NCBI RefSeq assembly: GCF_963921235.1
Contig: NC_086097.1
Span: 197,410,001-197,474,000 of the forward strand
DNA: 64,000 nucleotides
From: Mobula hypostoma
Taxonomy: Eukaryota
Direction of reading: 5' to 3'
Part shown: one piece after another, positions 25,523 through 38,456 of the stretch
Layout: each line of letters begins with the position of its first letter
How positions within the stretch are numbered: the stretch's first letter is position 1
Program-made: the position numbers and the translations under genes
Notes under the pieces: generated by a model
Seen by the model: only the letters and a program-made list of their open reading frames with translations
Database searches by the model: none
Told to the model about the DNA's origin: nothing

Positions 25523-25830
25523 TATTCAGTGGCTACTTTATTTGGTGCAGGAATGTATGTACCTTATAAAGTGGCCACAGGAGTGGAACCTGGTATGGTC
25601 TTTTGCTGTTGTAGCCGATCTTTTTCAAAGTTTGTGTTGAGCATTCAGAGGTGCTGTTCTGCATGTCACTGCACATTTCATAGTGTGACTTAGATCACAT
25701 TTCTTCTCCATTCTGATGTTTGGACTGAATAATAATTGAACCTCTTGACCATGTCTGCATGCTTGTATGCATTGCATTGCTGCCACATGATTGTCTGATT
25801 GCTTTAATGAGCAGGTGTGCCTAATAAAGC
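25523..25830. mobile_element. Decayed non-autonomous Tc1-like element
   Basis: The end TTCAGTGGCTACTTTATTTGGTGCA matches an inverted GTGTGCCTAATAAAG end and an internal copy GTACCTTATAAAGTGGCCAC. Confidence 0.6.
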
Positions 25831-25849
25831 TTTGAGTTCTATTTGAATC

Positions 25850-26125
25850 CTACCTTCTCTTTTGGTTCGGGCTCCTTTCTCTCTTCATCCCACTCTTTTT
25901 CTTTCTCGTGTTCCTTCTCTCTTTTATGTCTTTCTCTTTCTTGCACATGTTCTTTTTCTCTATTTCTTCTCTGCTTTTCAATTTGTGTTTTCCTTGCCTT
26001 TTTCTTTTAGTTTCTTGTGAGTATCTGAATTTGCTGATTTCTTGAAATTAGGTCTCATTTATCCTCTCTCATTTCTATAGCACTTATGTCATCCTCCATG
26101 TTTTATTCCTTTTTCTTCTTTCTAG
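25850..26125 (+). repeat. Pyrimidine-rich low-complexity tract
   Basis: About 270 bp strongly enriched in T and C on the + strand. Confidence 0.7.
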
Positions 26126-26199
26126 GATGTGCATCTTGATCTTGGGAAGGTGCATTTAGTTTACTGGAGTATTCTCTTATTAATTCCTTTGCGATTTGA

Positions 26200-28429
26200 T
26201 CTGTCTTCTTGGGTTCTTCATCCAACATTATCTGATGAATCCTCAATTTTTATATCTCCATTGACTCCTTCCTTTTTGCCTTCCATTCATCCAGTTGGGT
26301 TTTGATTCCTGCATCTACATCTACAAGCATATTTTTGTCTCTCACAAAGTTCATGCAATAACCTTAATGGGTGCAGAGTAGAAGCTGGTTCTTTTTACTC
26401 ACAAAAGCCAAATACTTGCAACTTTACTGAAGATCCTTGAACTCCCTTCCAGCTTAAAACCAAGCCACGTTTTGTAAGTAACTGTCTGATTAACATATCA
26501 GAAGGTCTCTCAGATCCGTTGCCTCCAAAAACTTTGTAGTCGGACCACTGCTTTCATGACTTTCATGATTCCTCTGAGCAGCATGGTCCTTCTTCGGTCC
26601 AATATTCTTTCCAACCAGAAGCACAGGGCTGGGCACCAACACCTGTATGCCCTTTGCTGAGCAATAGTTTATGGAGAACAGCATGGCAACAGTTTTTGCA
26701 TCATCCAGTACCTTTCTTAATTCGCTTTTACTTGACTGTGTTCCAGTGGATGTGGCATACAAATGGTGGATAGATGTCCAATTATGTTGTAGTTGTCCTA
26801 GCCAATTATGCCCCCACAATGCTGGTCTTTCCTTTTTTCTTTTACTACATACAAGCTCAATGTGGCTTGTTGGTTGCTGTATTTCTCTATTACGAATATC
26901 ATTCCAACAGGAGTTATCTTTCCTCCAGTTTTGGATCTTAGTTGGATAACTGCAAGCTTCAGTTCAGTAACTTTGAAATACCATTCAAACTCATTTTGTG
27001 GAATGACTGAAACAGCTGAGCCAGTATCCAATTCTATTTTAATTGATTTGCTGATAACTTCTAGTGTCAGCCATATTGCTTGTCTCATGTTTCACATGGT
27101 AAATCTCAAGGCTACCTGGTCCTGTGTCACTCTCATCATTATCAGATTTTTCATTAGTAGCATGCAGATTAGTGTTCTTTTTGAAATGGCAACATGACTT
27201 TTTATCTTTTTTTTTTCTTCCCTGTGCAGTCCATTTATTTTTGTCTGCCTGACATGCTCTTTGTGTCCTACTTTGTTGCATTTTTTTCAAGTTTTGCCTT
27301 TAAATTTGCATTGGTCTGATGTAAGTGAGCCCCTACCATAATGGTAACACAATTTGTTCGGTCAGGCAGTCCTCCATCTAGATGCTGCAATTTTGTTCAT
27401 ACTCACTTTCATTGCTGACTGCAATTCAGTTGTTTCTCTGCTGTTTCCATTGATACAGATATTTCAACTGCTCTTTTAAATATATCTCGTGCTTCAGTTA
27501 GGAGCTGTCTTTGAGAACTTTCTTGAAGATTCCACAAACTAAATGATCTCTCAGTGCATCATTAAGGCCATTACCAAACAGACAATGCTCAGACAAGTTC
27601 TTTGATTCAGCCAAGTACGTTGAAATGGACTCCCCATCCTTTTGATTCAGCTTATGAAACCTAAAGCATTGTGTAATCATCAATGGTTTCAGATCTAAAT
27701 ATTCCTGCATTACTTTCACAATATCAGCTGAGTTCATTTCAGCTGGTTTGCTTGGAGCAGTTAAACTTCTAAGCAAGTTGCATGCTTTTAAACCCAATAC
27801 ACTCTGGAAGACTGCTACTTGTTTCTTATTGGCTATTTCATTTGCTTTAAAATACTGCTCAATTAGCTCAGTATACATATTCCAGTTATCTCTTATGCAA
27901 TTGAATGCATCAATCTTTCTGAAGTAGCTGGCGATTTCTGCCTTTTTAAAAATTTATGATTATCACCTGGTATTCACTGTTTTCTTTTGTGATTCTTCTG
28001 TTTATTGCTTTTTAAAAACTTAATCGTCCTCCCTTTTGCAAAGAAAACACGTTTCTCCGAAGAAAAAATAGTGCTGAGTATTTTTCATATCTTGACAGTT
28101 TCTCACTGTTTTTAAGACTTGAACAGCCTTCTGTGCTTCAACAAGTAGGTGGTCATCTTGGGTTTGTTTTAAAAATGCCTTATCACGACTGTTATGTTTT
28201 GTTACTCCAAATATTAAACTAATTGAAAGGAAAAGGTGGGAGTCCAAAATGTGAGTCTAACTTCATGTTTACTTTAAGGGAGGCAGGCACCTATCATGTG
28301 GTAGCATCATGAAGTATGTAATTCACTTATTTTTACAAATGGCCTGTAATTAATTATTTAAACAATGTTTAATCAACCAATATATTCACAGTATTACTCA
28401 AATACAACTGAAATATTAAGTACAGAACA
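26200..28429 (-). mobile_element. Gypsy LTR retrotransposon remnant (5' LTR 28190-28429, gag, zinc knuckle, protease)
   Basis: gag ORF 27498-27878 (YFKANEI...FRFHKLNQKDGESISTY...LRDHLVCGI); protease IELDTGSAVSVIP; LTR with TGTT...AACA termini. Confidence 0.9.
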
Positions 28430-28884
28430 GCTACAGTAAAGCCTATCTGTGCCCCCGATTGTAAGATCCTTTATCACCACTGCTTGCTTTCACTTCAGCT
28501 CTCTCTGTCGTATAACAGAGACTGTCATGGTGGCATTTATCTGGCTGTTGCTTTCACCAAGAGACCAACCTTTCAAACTGTATGCAAAGTGCTAAACTTG
28601 TGCTGCACTAACGGCCTGCCCCTTCCAGGTGGTTACCCATCCACCTAGCCAAAGCTTTCATGTGACCACATCCATGAAGCTCCTCTATACCCCACTTTGC
28701 CTGTCCTTGGTGAGTCTAACTGCTTCTCTATTTGATCCATGTGGTTTGAGAGTGGCTGCAGCTGGACACAATTCTAGAAAATGTCAGAGCCACCTAACGT
28801 CTTGATCTCTCACATTTCACGAGGAACAAAATACTTGGCTGACTGCCATTACTGGCTCTTTAATAACTAGTGGATTAAAAGAAA

Positions 28885-29270
28885 AGTTTAAAGTAGCTTT
28901 ATTTAAAAAGTACATATATGTCAGCATATGCTACCTTGAGATTAATTTTCTTGCAGGCATTCACTGTAGAACAGAAATATAATGAAATTCATGAAAAATT
29001 AAACAAAGACTGGCAAACAACCAATGTACAAAAGAAGACATACTGTGCAAATACAAAAATATATATAATATATTAATAAGTAATTAAATAAAACTGTGAA
29101 CATGATTTTGTAGACTCCTTAAAAGCGAGTCCATTGGTTGTGGAATCATTTCAGAGTTGAAGTGAGTGAAGTTGACCACGATGGTTCAGGAGCCTTGTGG
29201 TTGAAGAGTAATAACTGTTGTTGAACCTGAGGCTCCCAGTTCGTGGCAGCAAGAAGAGAGTGTAGCCTGT
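28885..29270 (-). mobile_element. Rex1/Babar 3' end fragment
   Basis: Reverse complement of the same 3' UTR seen at 6780-7112. Confidence 0.7.
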
Positions 29271-29795
29271 TGCAAATGTGTGTGTGGGTTTATCGGTTAA
29301 TTGGCATCTATAAATTGTCCCTTATATGTTGGTGAGCAGAAGAATCTCGGAAAATCCTGTCAGAATGGAGGGAGAATAAAAAATAGAGATTTTTTTGTAG
29401 ATAGTATAAATGGACGGTTTGTTGTTGATGTGGTCTTGGGCTGCCAAGCCTGATTCTGTGCTCTTATCTTTTCGACTGGATAACAATGCTTTTATTTTCT
29501 CAAATGTGGTCCAGTTTAATTGTGGTTAACTTGATCAGGTTCCTCTTAAGAAAGAAAGCTGAATATATCTAGGATATAGTGACATTACTTCAAAATTATA
29601 ATTGGTTGATCAGGGTGATGTTACGAAGCAGAACAGCAGAAAACTTGCCGTTTTGGTTTCATTTTTTATTTCATCATTTAAGTTAAAACTGTTCTATAAT
29701 TTGAACAGACATAAATGACCAAGCCCATAATCGAGTTCAGTGATTTGATGCTTGCACTCTTGTCTCTGAATGGATAAATATTTGTCCCATTTTAG

Positions 29796-29869
29796 AACCT
29801 TGAATGCAAATCTGAAGCAAATACAAAATAGTACTACCTTTCAGATGAGTAATTAACTCAAGGTCCGAG
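29796..29869 (+). other. Candidate exon: coding if the donor is at 29848 (TLNANLKQIQNSTTFQM, phase 2 to 1), stop-containing if it is at 29869
   Basis: Acceptor tttgtcccattttag|AACC; donors TGA|gtaatt (weak) and GAG|gtgagt (strong). Confidence 0.3.
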
Positions 29870-30491
29870 GTGAGTTAAAATATTCCTTCAGACTATTTCA
29901 AAGAGTACTAAGAGACTTCTCCCATGGTTTTTTTTGGTGCCATTGATCTCCCTTTGCTACTACTGCAGAATTATCTTGTTCTGTAATTATTTCACTGTTA
30001 TTTGGGATCTGACTACATTGAAAACAACTGCTACATTTCTTACATTTCAGTGGTACTTGTGTTTCAAGTGACTTCCGCATTTCTGTATTACAATGATGCC
30101 CACCTTTTAATGGTACATGTTGGCTGAGAAATGTTTTGATTAATGTTCAATTTGTGGAAGGTGTTTCTTTGTGCAGATCTTCATGGCATGCCACTTTGTC
30201 TTTGAGAAAGAAGTTGATATTTCATTTTCGATATTGAATCCCCAGTAAGCATATGGCTGATTAACCGTGATATGCAAATCCTTTGATTTTTTTTGTGTGT
30301 ATTAAGTAGATGCAATCCTTCCTGTTCATAGAATTGACAAAAGTAATTAATAGTGAATTTGCAGTCTTTAAAACACAATTTCTATTACTTCTTTGCACTT
30401 TTCATAAATTACTGAGAATGATAAAACTTTTCAAATAGATTTAATTTGGATATATTAATGTTTCACTTAAAAATAGACCATAAAATATAGA

Positions 30492-30705
30492 CAACACACA
30501 TCAAAGTTGCTGGTGAACGCAGCAGGCCAGGCAGCATCTCTAGGAAGAGGTACAGTCGACGTTTCAGGCCGAGACCCTTTGTCAGGTCTCGGCCTGAAAC
30601 GTCGACTGTACCTCTTCCTAGAGATGCTGCCTGGCCTGCTGCGTTCACTAGCAACTTTGATGTGTGTTGCTTGAATTTCCAGCATCTGCAGAATTCCTGT
30701 TGTTT
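30492..30705. mobile_element. Fold-back Penelope-derived insert (85-bp stem)
   Basis: 14-bp TSD CCATAAAATATAGA (30478-91, 30706-19). 30492-30576 pairs with 30585-30669 with one mismatch. Confidence 0.9.
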
Positions 30706-31051
30706 CCATAAAATATAGAAGCAGAATTAGGCCATTTGACCCATCTAGTCTGCTCCACCATTTCATCCATTTTTCCTCTTGGCCCCAATCTCCTGCCTTC
30801 TCCCTGTATCCCTTCATGCCCTGACTAGTCAAGAATATATTAACATCTGCCTTAAATATACATTGAAATCTTGGGCTCCACAGCTGCCTGTGGCAAAGAA
30901 TTCTACAGATTCACCACTCTCTGGCTAAAGAATTTCTTCTTTATCTCCATTCTAAAAGGATGCCCTTCTATTCTGAAGCTGTGTCCTCATGTTTTAGACT
31001 CTCCCACCACAGGAAACATCCTCTCCATATCCACTTTATCAAGGCCTTTCC

Positions 31052-31150
31052 ACAGTCCTGATGAAGGGTCTCGGCCCGAAATGTTGACTGTACCTCTTTC
31101 TAGAGATGCTGCCTGGCCTGCTGCGTTCACCAGCAACTTTGATGTGTGTG
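31052..31150 (+). mobile_element. Short Penelope-derived insert with a hammerhead motif
   Basis: ACAGTC-CTGATGA-AGGGTCTCGGCCC-GAAA-TGTT-GACTGT at 31052-31091; imperfect flanking duplication GGC(C)TTTC. Confidence 0.8.
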
Positions 31151-31283
31151 GCTTTCGCCATTCGGTAGGTTTCAATGAGATCACCCCTCAGTCTTCTGAA
31201 TTTCAGTGATTACAGGCCCAGCGCCATCAAACACACTTCATATGACAAGCCATTCAAAAATGTTTTTTTGTTTTGTCTTTCAG

Positions 31284-31414
31284 ATGGAATGAGTGTTGCA
31301 GGGCTACCTTTGTCAAGTCCTTTTCGACAGAATGGTAAACTTGGCTCAGAAAGCAAATCTACTATCTTCAATTCAGCTGACATTAACAGTAAAAGTGAAT
31401 ATAATCACGTCAAG
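31284..31414 (+). CDS. Candidate coding exon (xGMSVAGLPLSSPFRQNG...EYNHVK); alternative donor at 31334
   Basis: Strong acceptor tttttttgttttgtctttcag|ATGG; donors ATG|gtaaac (51-nt exon) or AAG|gtatga (131-nt exon); unique sequence, open frame. Confidence 0.55.
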
Positions 31415-31717
31415 GTATGATCCAGTTTCTGAAATTTAAAGTGCAATAGTCTGGATGAATGTGCAACTTAGCATAAGTATGTACTGTGATGTCTTGGGAA
31501 ATTGTGGACTGGGACTTCATGGGATCATTGGAGGTACAGAAACAGGCTCTTTGGCCCATCACATCTGTGTTAAGATTAAATACCATACCGATTAGAATCA
31601 TGTTTAATATCACTAGCATATGTCGTGAAATTTGTTACTTTTGAGGCAGCAATACATAAAAACCATAAATTACAGTAAAAAATATATATACGCTATATAG
31701 TAAATAAATTAGTGCAA

Positions 31718-31720
<3 letters not shown>

Positions 31721-31766
<46 letters not shown>
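31721..31766. repeat. (CA)23 microsatellite
   Basis: Perfect CA run inside the Rex1 3' UTR. Confidence 0.97.
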
Positions 31767-31768
<2 letters not shown>

Positions 31769-32539
31769 ATAGTAAATAAATAAGTAGTGCAAAAACAAGT
31801 TGAGGTAGTGTTGATGAGTTCAATGTCCATTCAGAAATCTGATAGTAGAGGTAAAGAAGCTGTTCCTGAATCATTGAGTGTGTGCCTTTAGGCTTCTGTA
31901 CCTCCTTCCTAATGGTAGCAATGAAAAGAGGGTATGTCCTGGGTGATGGGGTTCCTTAATGATGGATGTTGCCTTTTAGGTCCATTGCGCCTTGAAGATG
32001 TCCTGGGTACTGAGGGCTAGTACCCATGATGGAGCTGGCTGAGCTGACAACTTGCTCAGCTTCTTTCAATTCTGTGCCGTAGCCTCCCCCCTCCCCCCAA
32101 ACACCAGATGGTGATGTACCCAGTTAGAACACCCTCCACTGTACATCTGTAGAAATTTGCGAGTGTCTTTGGTGACATACCAAATCTCCTCATACTCCTC
32201 ATGAAATATAGCTGTTGTTGTGCTTTCTTTGTAATTGCGTTGATAATGCTGGGCCCAAGTTAGTTCCTCAGAGGTGTTCACACCCAGAAAGTTGAAATTG
32301 CTCACCCTTTCCTCTTCTGATCCCTCTTTGAGGACTGGTGTGTGTTTTCTCTTCTTAACCTTTCTGAGGTCCACAATCAGCTCTTTGGTCTCGGAGATCT
32401 CTTGGGGCACTAGATGGAGTAAGTCGCATTTTGGCTTTGCTCCGTTCATTTTTCAATCTTTTTACCACCCTTTTACTATCTATATTAAAGTGTTTATAAC
32501 ACTTTTATATGCTTGAACTTTGATTTTTAATCGCTGGAA

Positions 32540-33380
32540 GTGAGTACCAGAGGGAAAAAGGCATTAGCCGAAGGCAAGGAAGCTGGTAATGGAAATGGAA
32601 GGAGAGAAGGTGACTCTCAACAGCCTAAGTCTCAACTCACTTTGAAGGCTATGTCGAAGCTCTTGGATGATAAATTCGATACAAGATTTTCTAATTTTGA
32701 AGTATTATTAAAGGAGATTGGAAGTAGACTGGGAGCACTTAAGCAGGAGTGTTGAAAACAGCAACGGCACATTTCCGAACTCGATGAAGCTGATAGACAG
32801 AGAGACCGCAAGCTAGATTTGTTGGAAAAGAAATTAACTTGGAACACTCAAACACTGGAACAATATAAAGCTAAGATTATCGACCTGGAAAGTCACAGTC
32901 GTAGACAAAATTTGCGAATAATAGAAAGACGTTGAAAGTGGTGTCCTTACTAAATTTTTTTCTCAATTTTTAATGGACGTGTTTGGCTCTGAAGTTTTTT
33001 CTACTTCCCCTATAATTGATCGCGCCCACCGGGTTTTAAGAGCAAAACCCCCTGAAGAACTGAAACCTTGACCTGTCATACTCCGATTCCACTATGTGTA
33101 GAGCAAGGAGCATTTAATTCGAATTGCCCATTGGAAAGGGGTTATTGAATACGGAGACCTCAAGTTTCGTTTGGTCGAAGATTACAGTCCTGAGGTAATG
33201 TGAGAATGATCGCTTTTTAAACCAGTGATGTCCGAGCTCTATCAAAGAAAGTTCCAACCAGCTCTGCTATTTCCAGCTTGCCTAAGGGTTGTTCTGCTTG
33301 CTAGATCACGTAAATGGTTTAAATCCGCAGATGAAGCTCATCAATTCCTTGAGGATGAATGTTCGATCTTAGCTGTCTAA
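32540..33380 (+). pseudogene. L1 ORF1 (coiled coil and RNA-binding region), disrupted
   Basis: Coiled-coil segment, then DLESHSRRQNLRII, IDRAHRVLR and LVEDYSPEV motifs; contains stops and frameshifts. Confidence 0.85.
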
Positions 33381-34061
33381 TAAATTTACTGTTTTTTCAT
33401 GTCTGTATTCATTTGGTTTATAAGTTAATAACCAGTTCATAGATTTGGACTTTTAAAGTTTGAAGAATTTTGCCCTTGGTTTGATAATGCTTGTACCTTT
33501 GTTTTGGAGTATGGATATTTATCATGCTTTTACATTAAAGTTCCTTTTTTTCTCCCTTTATTACTTTATTTTATTATTTGTAATTGTTTTTGAAAATAAT
33601 TAAGAATCTGATTTGGTGATTGATTTTTTTCTTGAAATATTAATAAAGTTGTATTCTGTTTCACTTTCCAAGATCTTGCCTTTCAACATGTTTTGCAAAT
33701 GGCTGTTTTTTTTTAAACATTTGTTTGGTTTTTTTTATGGCATTTCCTTCTCAATGTTTTGACTGTGGGTGGTGTTTTGAATTCTTTTCAATTTTGGAGA
33801 CTTGCCTTCAAGAGAGATGGGGGTAGGGAAGTGTCTAGATAGCTTTCTGGCTGTCTATTGGCCAGTTTTCAGGCTTTTGTGGGCGGGAGTGGTGCTATTT
33901 TTAGTTTATTTTTTTCCATCTGGGCTGATCTGAAACTACAAATATGTCTGAATTGTCGTGACTTCCGGTTCCTTTTTAAACTTTTTTCTCTCTTCCTGAT
34001 TCATGAATTTCCTATGCGGTAAGGTTAACTCTTTACACACCATATGGTTTATTCAAGTACA

Positions 34062-37000
34062 ATGGATAACATTATTAACTTTGTTTCATGGAACATGAAC
34101 GGTTTGAATCATCTGATCAAACGGAAGAAGATTTTTAAAGCTTTTCATAGATTGAATGCTGTGATTATCTTTGCCCAGGAAACTCATGTAAGGAAGGAGG
34201 ATAATCAGCGTTTTATTAGGTTTTGGAAAGAATATCAATTTTGCTCCAATTCACAGGATAAGGTGAAAGGAGTCTCTATTTTTATTGATTCCTTGATTTC
34301 ATTTGTTCACTATGAAACAATTTCAGACCCGAATGGTAGATTTCTGTTAATTACTGGTTTACTTGATAATCAAAAAGTTGTTATGGTTAATATCTACACA
34401 CCAAATACTGATTATCCTGAATTTTTTAAGCATTTATTTGCACCTCTTCCTAATTTAAATGAATATACGTTGATAATGGGTGGAAATTTTAACTGTTGCC
34501 TGAAACCCTCGATGGACAGGTCTGCACCCAGTCAGGTACTTCCAAACAAATCCGCTATCTTTATAAATTCCTTTTTAATAGATTCTGGAATTTCAGAAGT
34601 TTGGAAGTTTTTATATCCTGATGATAAAGAGTTCTCATTCTTGTCTCATGTATATCATAATTACTCTAGAATTGATTACTTTTTAATTGACTCTCGATTA
34701 GTTTCATCTGTTACTGCCTGAGTATGATACAATTGCTGTCTCTGATCATGAGCCCCGGAAACTATCAATCAAATTAATTGATGTAACTTCCAGTGCTAGA
34801 CAATGGCAGTTCAATTCTGCTCTGCTTCAGGATTTAAATTTTGTTAACTTTATTAAAGAACGGATTGCTTTTTCTTCTCAACTTATTTTACGGAAAAAAT
34901 TTCCAGTGGGATATTATGGGACACTTTTAAAGTATATATCCATGGGCAAATTATTTCATATTCTGCTGGATTGAAAAAATGAATTAATAATGAAATACGT
35001 ACATTGGTTGATAAGATTAAAGAAATTGATAAAAAATATTCTGCTGCTACTAATTTGGAGCTTTACAAAAAGAGAGTTGAACTTCAGATGCAACACAGTT
35101 TGTTACTAACATCCCCAATTGAAAATCAATTTCGTAAAACTAAGAGTCAATTTTGTATACATGGTGATAAATCGGGTAAATTACTGGCCAACCAATTGAA
35201 AGTTGCTTTGGCTAAACGTCAGATTATTAAAGTTTGTAAACGGGATGGTACTTTGACGGTTGACCATGACGAAATTAATATATCTTTTCAAGAATTCTAT
35301 ATCTCTTTATACCAATCAGAATTTTCTGATGATTCTACCATAATGCATGAATTTTTAAGAAAATTGAATATTCCGTAATTACCACTTAATGAATGTTTAA
35401 CATTAGATGCACCCATTACGGAAGAAGAAATAAAGCAATTTCCTTGATGAATTCTGGTAAAGCACCTGGCCTGGATGGGTATACAGTAGAATTTTTAAAA
35501 TCTTTTTCAAGTCTTCTTTCTCCTTGGTTACGTAGAATTTTTAAGGATGCTTTATTTGTAGGTAAATTACCACAATCTTTTTATGAAGTATCTATTTCTT
35601 TAATTCCTAAAAAAGATAAAGACCCCACTGAATGTGCATCATATCCTTGTCAAATGTGTCTCCAAAATTTTTTCCAAAATATTATCAATTAGATTGGAAA
35701 ATGTATTTCCACAAATTGTCTCTGATGACCAGACAGGATTTATTAAAAATCGTTATTCATATTTTAATGTTAGGAAGTTGATGAACATTGTATATACTTA
35801 TTCATCTAAAACTCCAGAATGTGTTATTTCGCCTGACGCCGAGAAGGCGTTTGATAGAGTTGAATGGGAATATTTAACATCCTCGAGAAATATAATTTTA
35901 GCCCAAAATTCATATCTTGGATTAAATTGATATATCATATACCTTTGGCTTCTGTACTTACTAATAATCAGAGATCCCCTTTTTTTTAGGCTTTTTCGAG
36001 GTACTAGACAGGGCTGTCCTTTAAGCTCTTTACTATTTGATATTGCCTTGGAGCCCTTGGCAATCGCTCTTCATGATTCACTCAGTATATTTGGCATTAT
36101 TCGTGGGAATGAGACACATAAGGTATCATTATATGCAGATGACCTGGTACTATATATCTCTAATCTAGAGAATTCAATCCCTGCAGTAATATTACTACTT
36201 GCTCAGTTTAGTAGTTTTTCTGGTTATAAATTGAATCTTAATAAGAGTGAGCTTTTTTCATTAAATATGCAAGTTCCAATCTATAGACAATCACCATTTA
36301 GACTGGTTACTGATTATTTTACCTACTTGGGTGTTAAAATTACTAAGAAGCATAAGGATCTATTTAAAGATAACTTTTTACCCTAAATTGATCATGTTGA
36401 ACAACTGCTTACTAAATGGTCCCCATTGTCCCTATCATTGATTGGTCAAATCAATGCTATTAAGATGATTATTTTACCTAAATTTCTGTATCTATTTCAG
36501 GCAGTACCAATCTTCATCTCTCAATCCTTTTTTGTTATTATTTATTCTAAAATTTCTTCATATGTATGGCAGAATAAAAATCTTAGGTTAAGTAAGAAAT
36601 ATTTACAGAAAGTATGGCGGTTTGGCATTACCGAACTTTAGATTCTATTACTGGGCAATTAATATTCGATATCTAATGTTCTGGACTTCAAGATTGGGGT
36701 GAAATTAAATGTCCACGATGGGTGAATCTTGAGTGTGAGTCTGTACAGGGGTTCTCATTGGCTTCTATTTTAGGGGCTTCGCTTTCCTTTGCACTTACTA
36801 AACTGAATAAACAAACAATCCAATAATTAAATATACAATACGAATATGGTTTCAATTTCGTAAATTTTTTAGATTGATTAAATTTATCCTATCAAGTCCT
36901 ATTATGTCCAATTTTTTCTTCCAAGCATCCAGAACTGATCAAGCTTTTCTTTTATGGAAAACGAAGGGAATAATATGTTTTCGTGATTTATTCATGGATA

Positions 37001-37805
37001 ATTGTTTCATGTCCTTTGAACAGTTGTCTAATAAATATAATTTGCTTAGATCACATTTTTTCAGATATTTACAGGTTAGAAACTTTTTGAAGGTTACTTT
37101 ACCTACTTTTCTGATATCACATCAAACTGAAATTACAGAAAATATTTTAGGTTTAAACCCCTATCAGAAGAGTTTAATAGCAATTGTTTATGATTTAATT
37201 ACAAAAATACATTTAGATATGTCTGATAAAATGAAGAATGAATGGGAAAGAGAACTTCAGGTATCTTTACCCTTAGAGAAATGGGAGAAAATTCTCTAAC
37301 CAGTTAACACTTCTTCAATGTGTGCTAGACACTCTTTGATACAATTTAAGGTGTTTCTTAGGGCCCATATGTCTGAGGATAAGTTAGCTCATTTTTATGG
37401 TCATATAAATCCTGTATGTGACAGATGTAATTCTGAGGTAGCTTCCTTGACACACGTTCTGGTCTTGCCCTCTTGGAAAAATATTGGAAAGACATTTTTG
37501 AAATTTCAGTAGTTTTGCATATTGATTTACAACCTCATCCTATTACTGTAATTTTTGGACTACCAATGATAGACTTTAGTCATTTATCCCCTTCAGCTTG
37601 TCATTTGATTTTATTTGTTACATTAATAGCCAGAATATCCATTTTATTTAAATGGAAAGATTCTAATCCCCCTACTACATTTCAGTGGTTTTCCCAAACT
37701 ATAACATGTTTAAACCTGGAAAAAATTAGGAGTGGTACCACTGATCCTTCGGTTAAATTTGAAGAAACATGGAGGCCATTTATTCAACATTTTCATATGA
37801 TATAA
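34062..37805 (+). pseudogene. L1 ORF2 (APE endonuclease, RT, C-terminal Cys motif), disrupted
   Basis: SWNMNGL, AQETH, YSRIDYF, GKAPGLDGYTVEF, DAEKAFDRVEW, RGTRQGCPLS, LYADD, YLGV and CDRC...SLTH; multiple stops. Confidence 0.95.
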
Positions 37806-38067
37806 GCTGACCTTTTCCGAATCCATTTTTAATAACTTTTTGTTTGTGTATAGAGGAGCGGAGTTAATGACAAATAATGTAACTGATGAAATATGGCAGC
37901 CCAGTCTTTGTTTTGTTTTGTTTTTTTTAGTAAAAACTTGCTTTTGAATTTTTTTCATGTTCAGTTATTAAGAGATTGGGAGGTTTAAATTAAATATGTT
38001 ACTTGGAGTCGGTGTCTGTATACCGTTATTAATGTAATCCCGATCTCTTTGTATTATTATCATTGTT

Positions 38068-38456
38068 CTTTCAAATCTTTTTACTACTATTATATTATTC
38101 AAAAATAATACGAGTACATCAAAGTAAACAACACTTACAATGTCTCAAGGAAAAAGAAACATTATTTTAAGGATTGAAAAATTTTGGTGATAATAAAAAA
38201 AACCCTAGAAAAAGTGGGGAAAAAATACCCCATTAGGTGTACAATCCAGAGCCAGGTGTCATACAAAAAGCTTCTAAAGATAAACATCAAACTGTCAGCA
38301 AAAAAAACATCAAAAATTTGCAATTAGATCATGGAGGAAATCTATCAACTAACTCAAATGATAATAACAAACAAATGAACCCCATCTTTTCTCAAAATCA
38401 AATAAAGGTTCAAAGGTTCGACTTCTAATTTTCTCCACACTGAGACATAGCATCAC
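38068..38456 (-). mobile_element. 3' fragment of a second L1 family nested in the L1 3' UTR
   Basis: 9-bp TSD ATCATTGTT (38059-67, 38457-65). CLSVEKIRSRTFEPLFDFEKRWGSF aligns with the host's CLNLEKIRSGTTDPSVKFEETWRPF. Confidence 0.85.

Larger units (their letters stand above)
30471..31257 (-). mobile_element. CR1 LINE 3' fragment hosting two Penelope-derived inserts
   Basis: KGLDKVDMERMFPVVGESKT motif; the CR1 tail is split by the 30492-30705 insert. Confidence 0.85.

Noticed and set aside
26126..26149. 24-nt micro-exon (DVHLDLGK) after the long CT tract
   Set aside because: The donor is weak (gtgcat), it abuts Gypsy debris, and there is no independent support.
5930..31150. Recurrent identical words (GGGTCTCGGCC...GAAACGTC) as a CRISPR-like array
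   Set aside because: Copies are dispersed kilobases apart in both orientations with individual TSDs; there are no regular spacers or cas genes.
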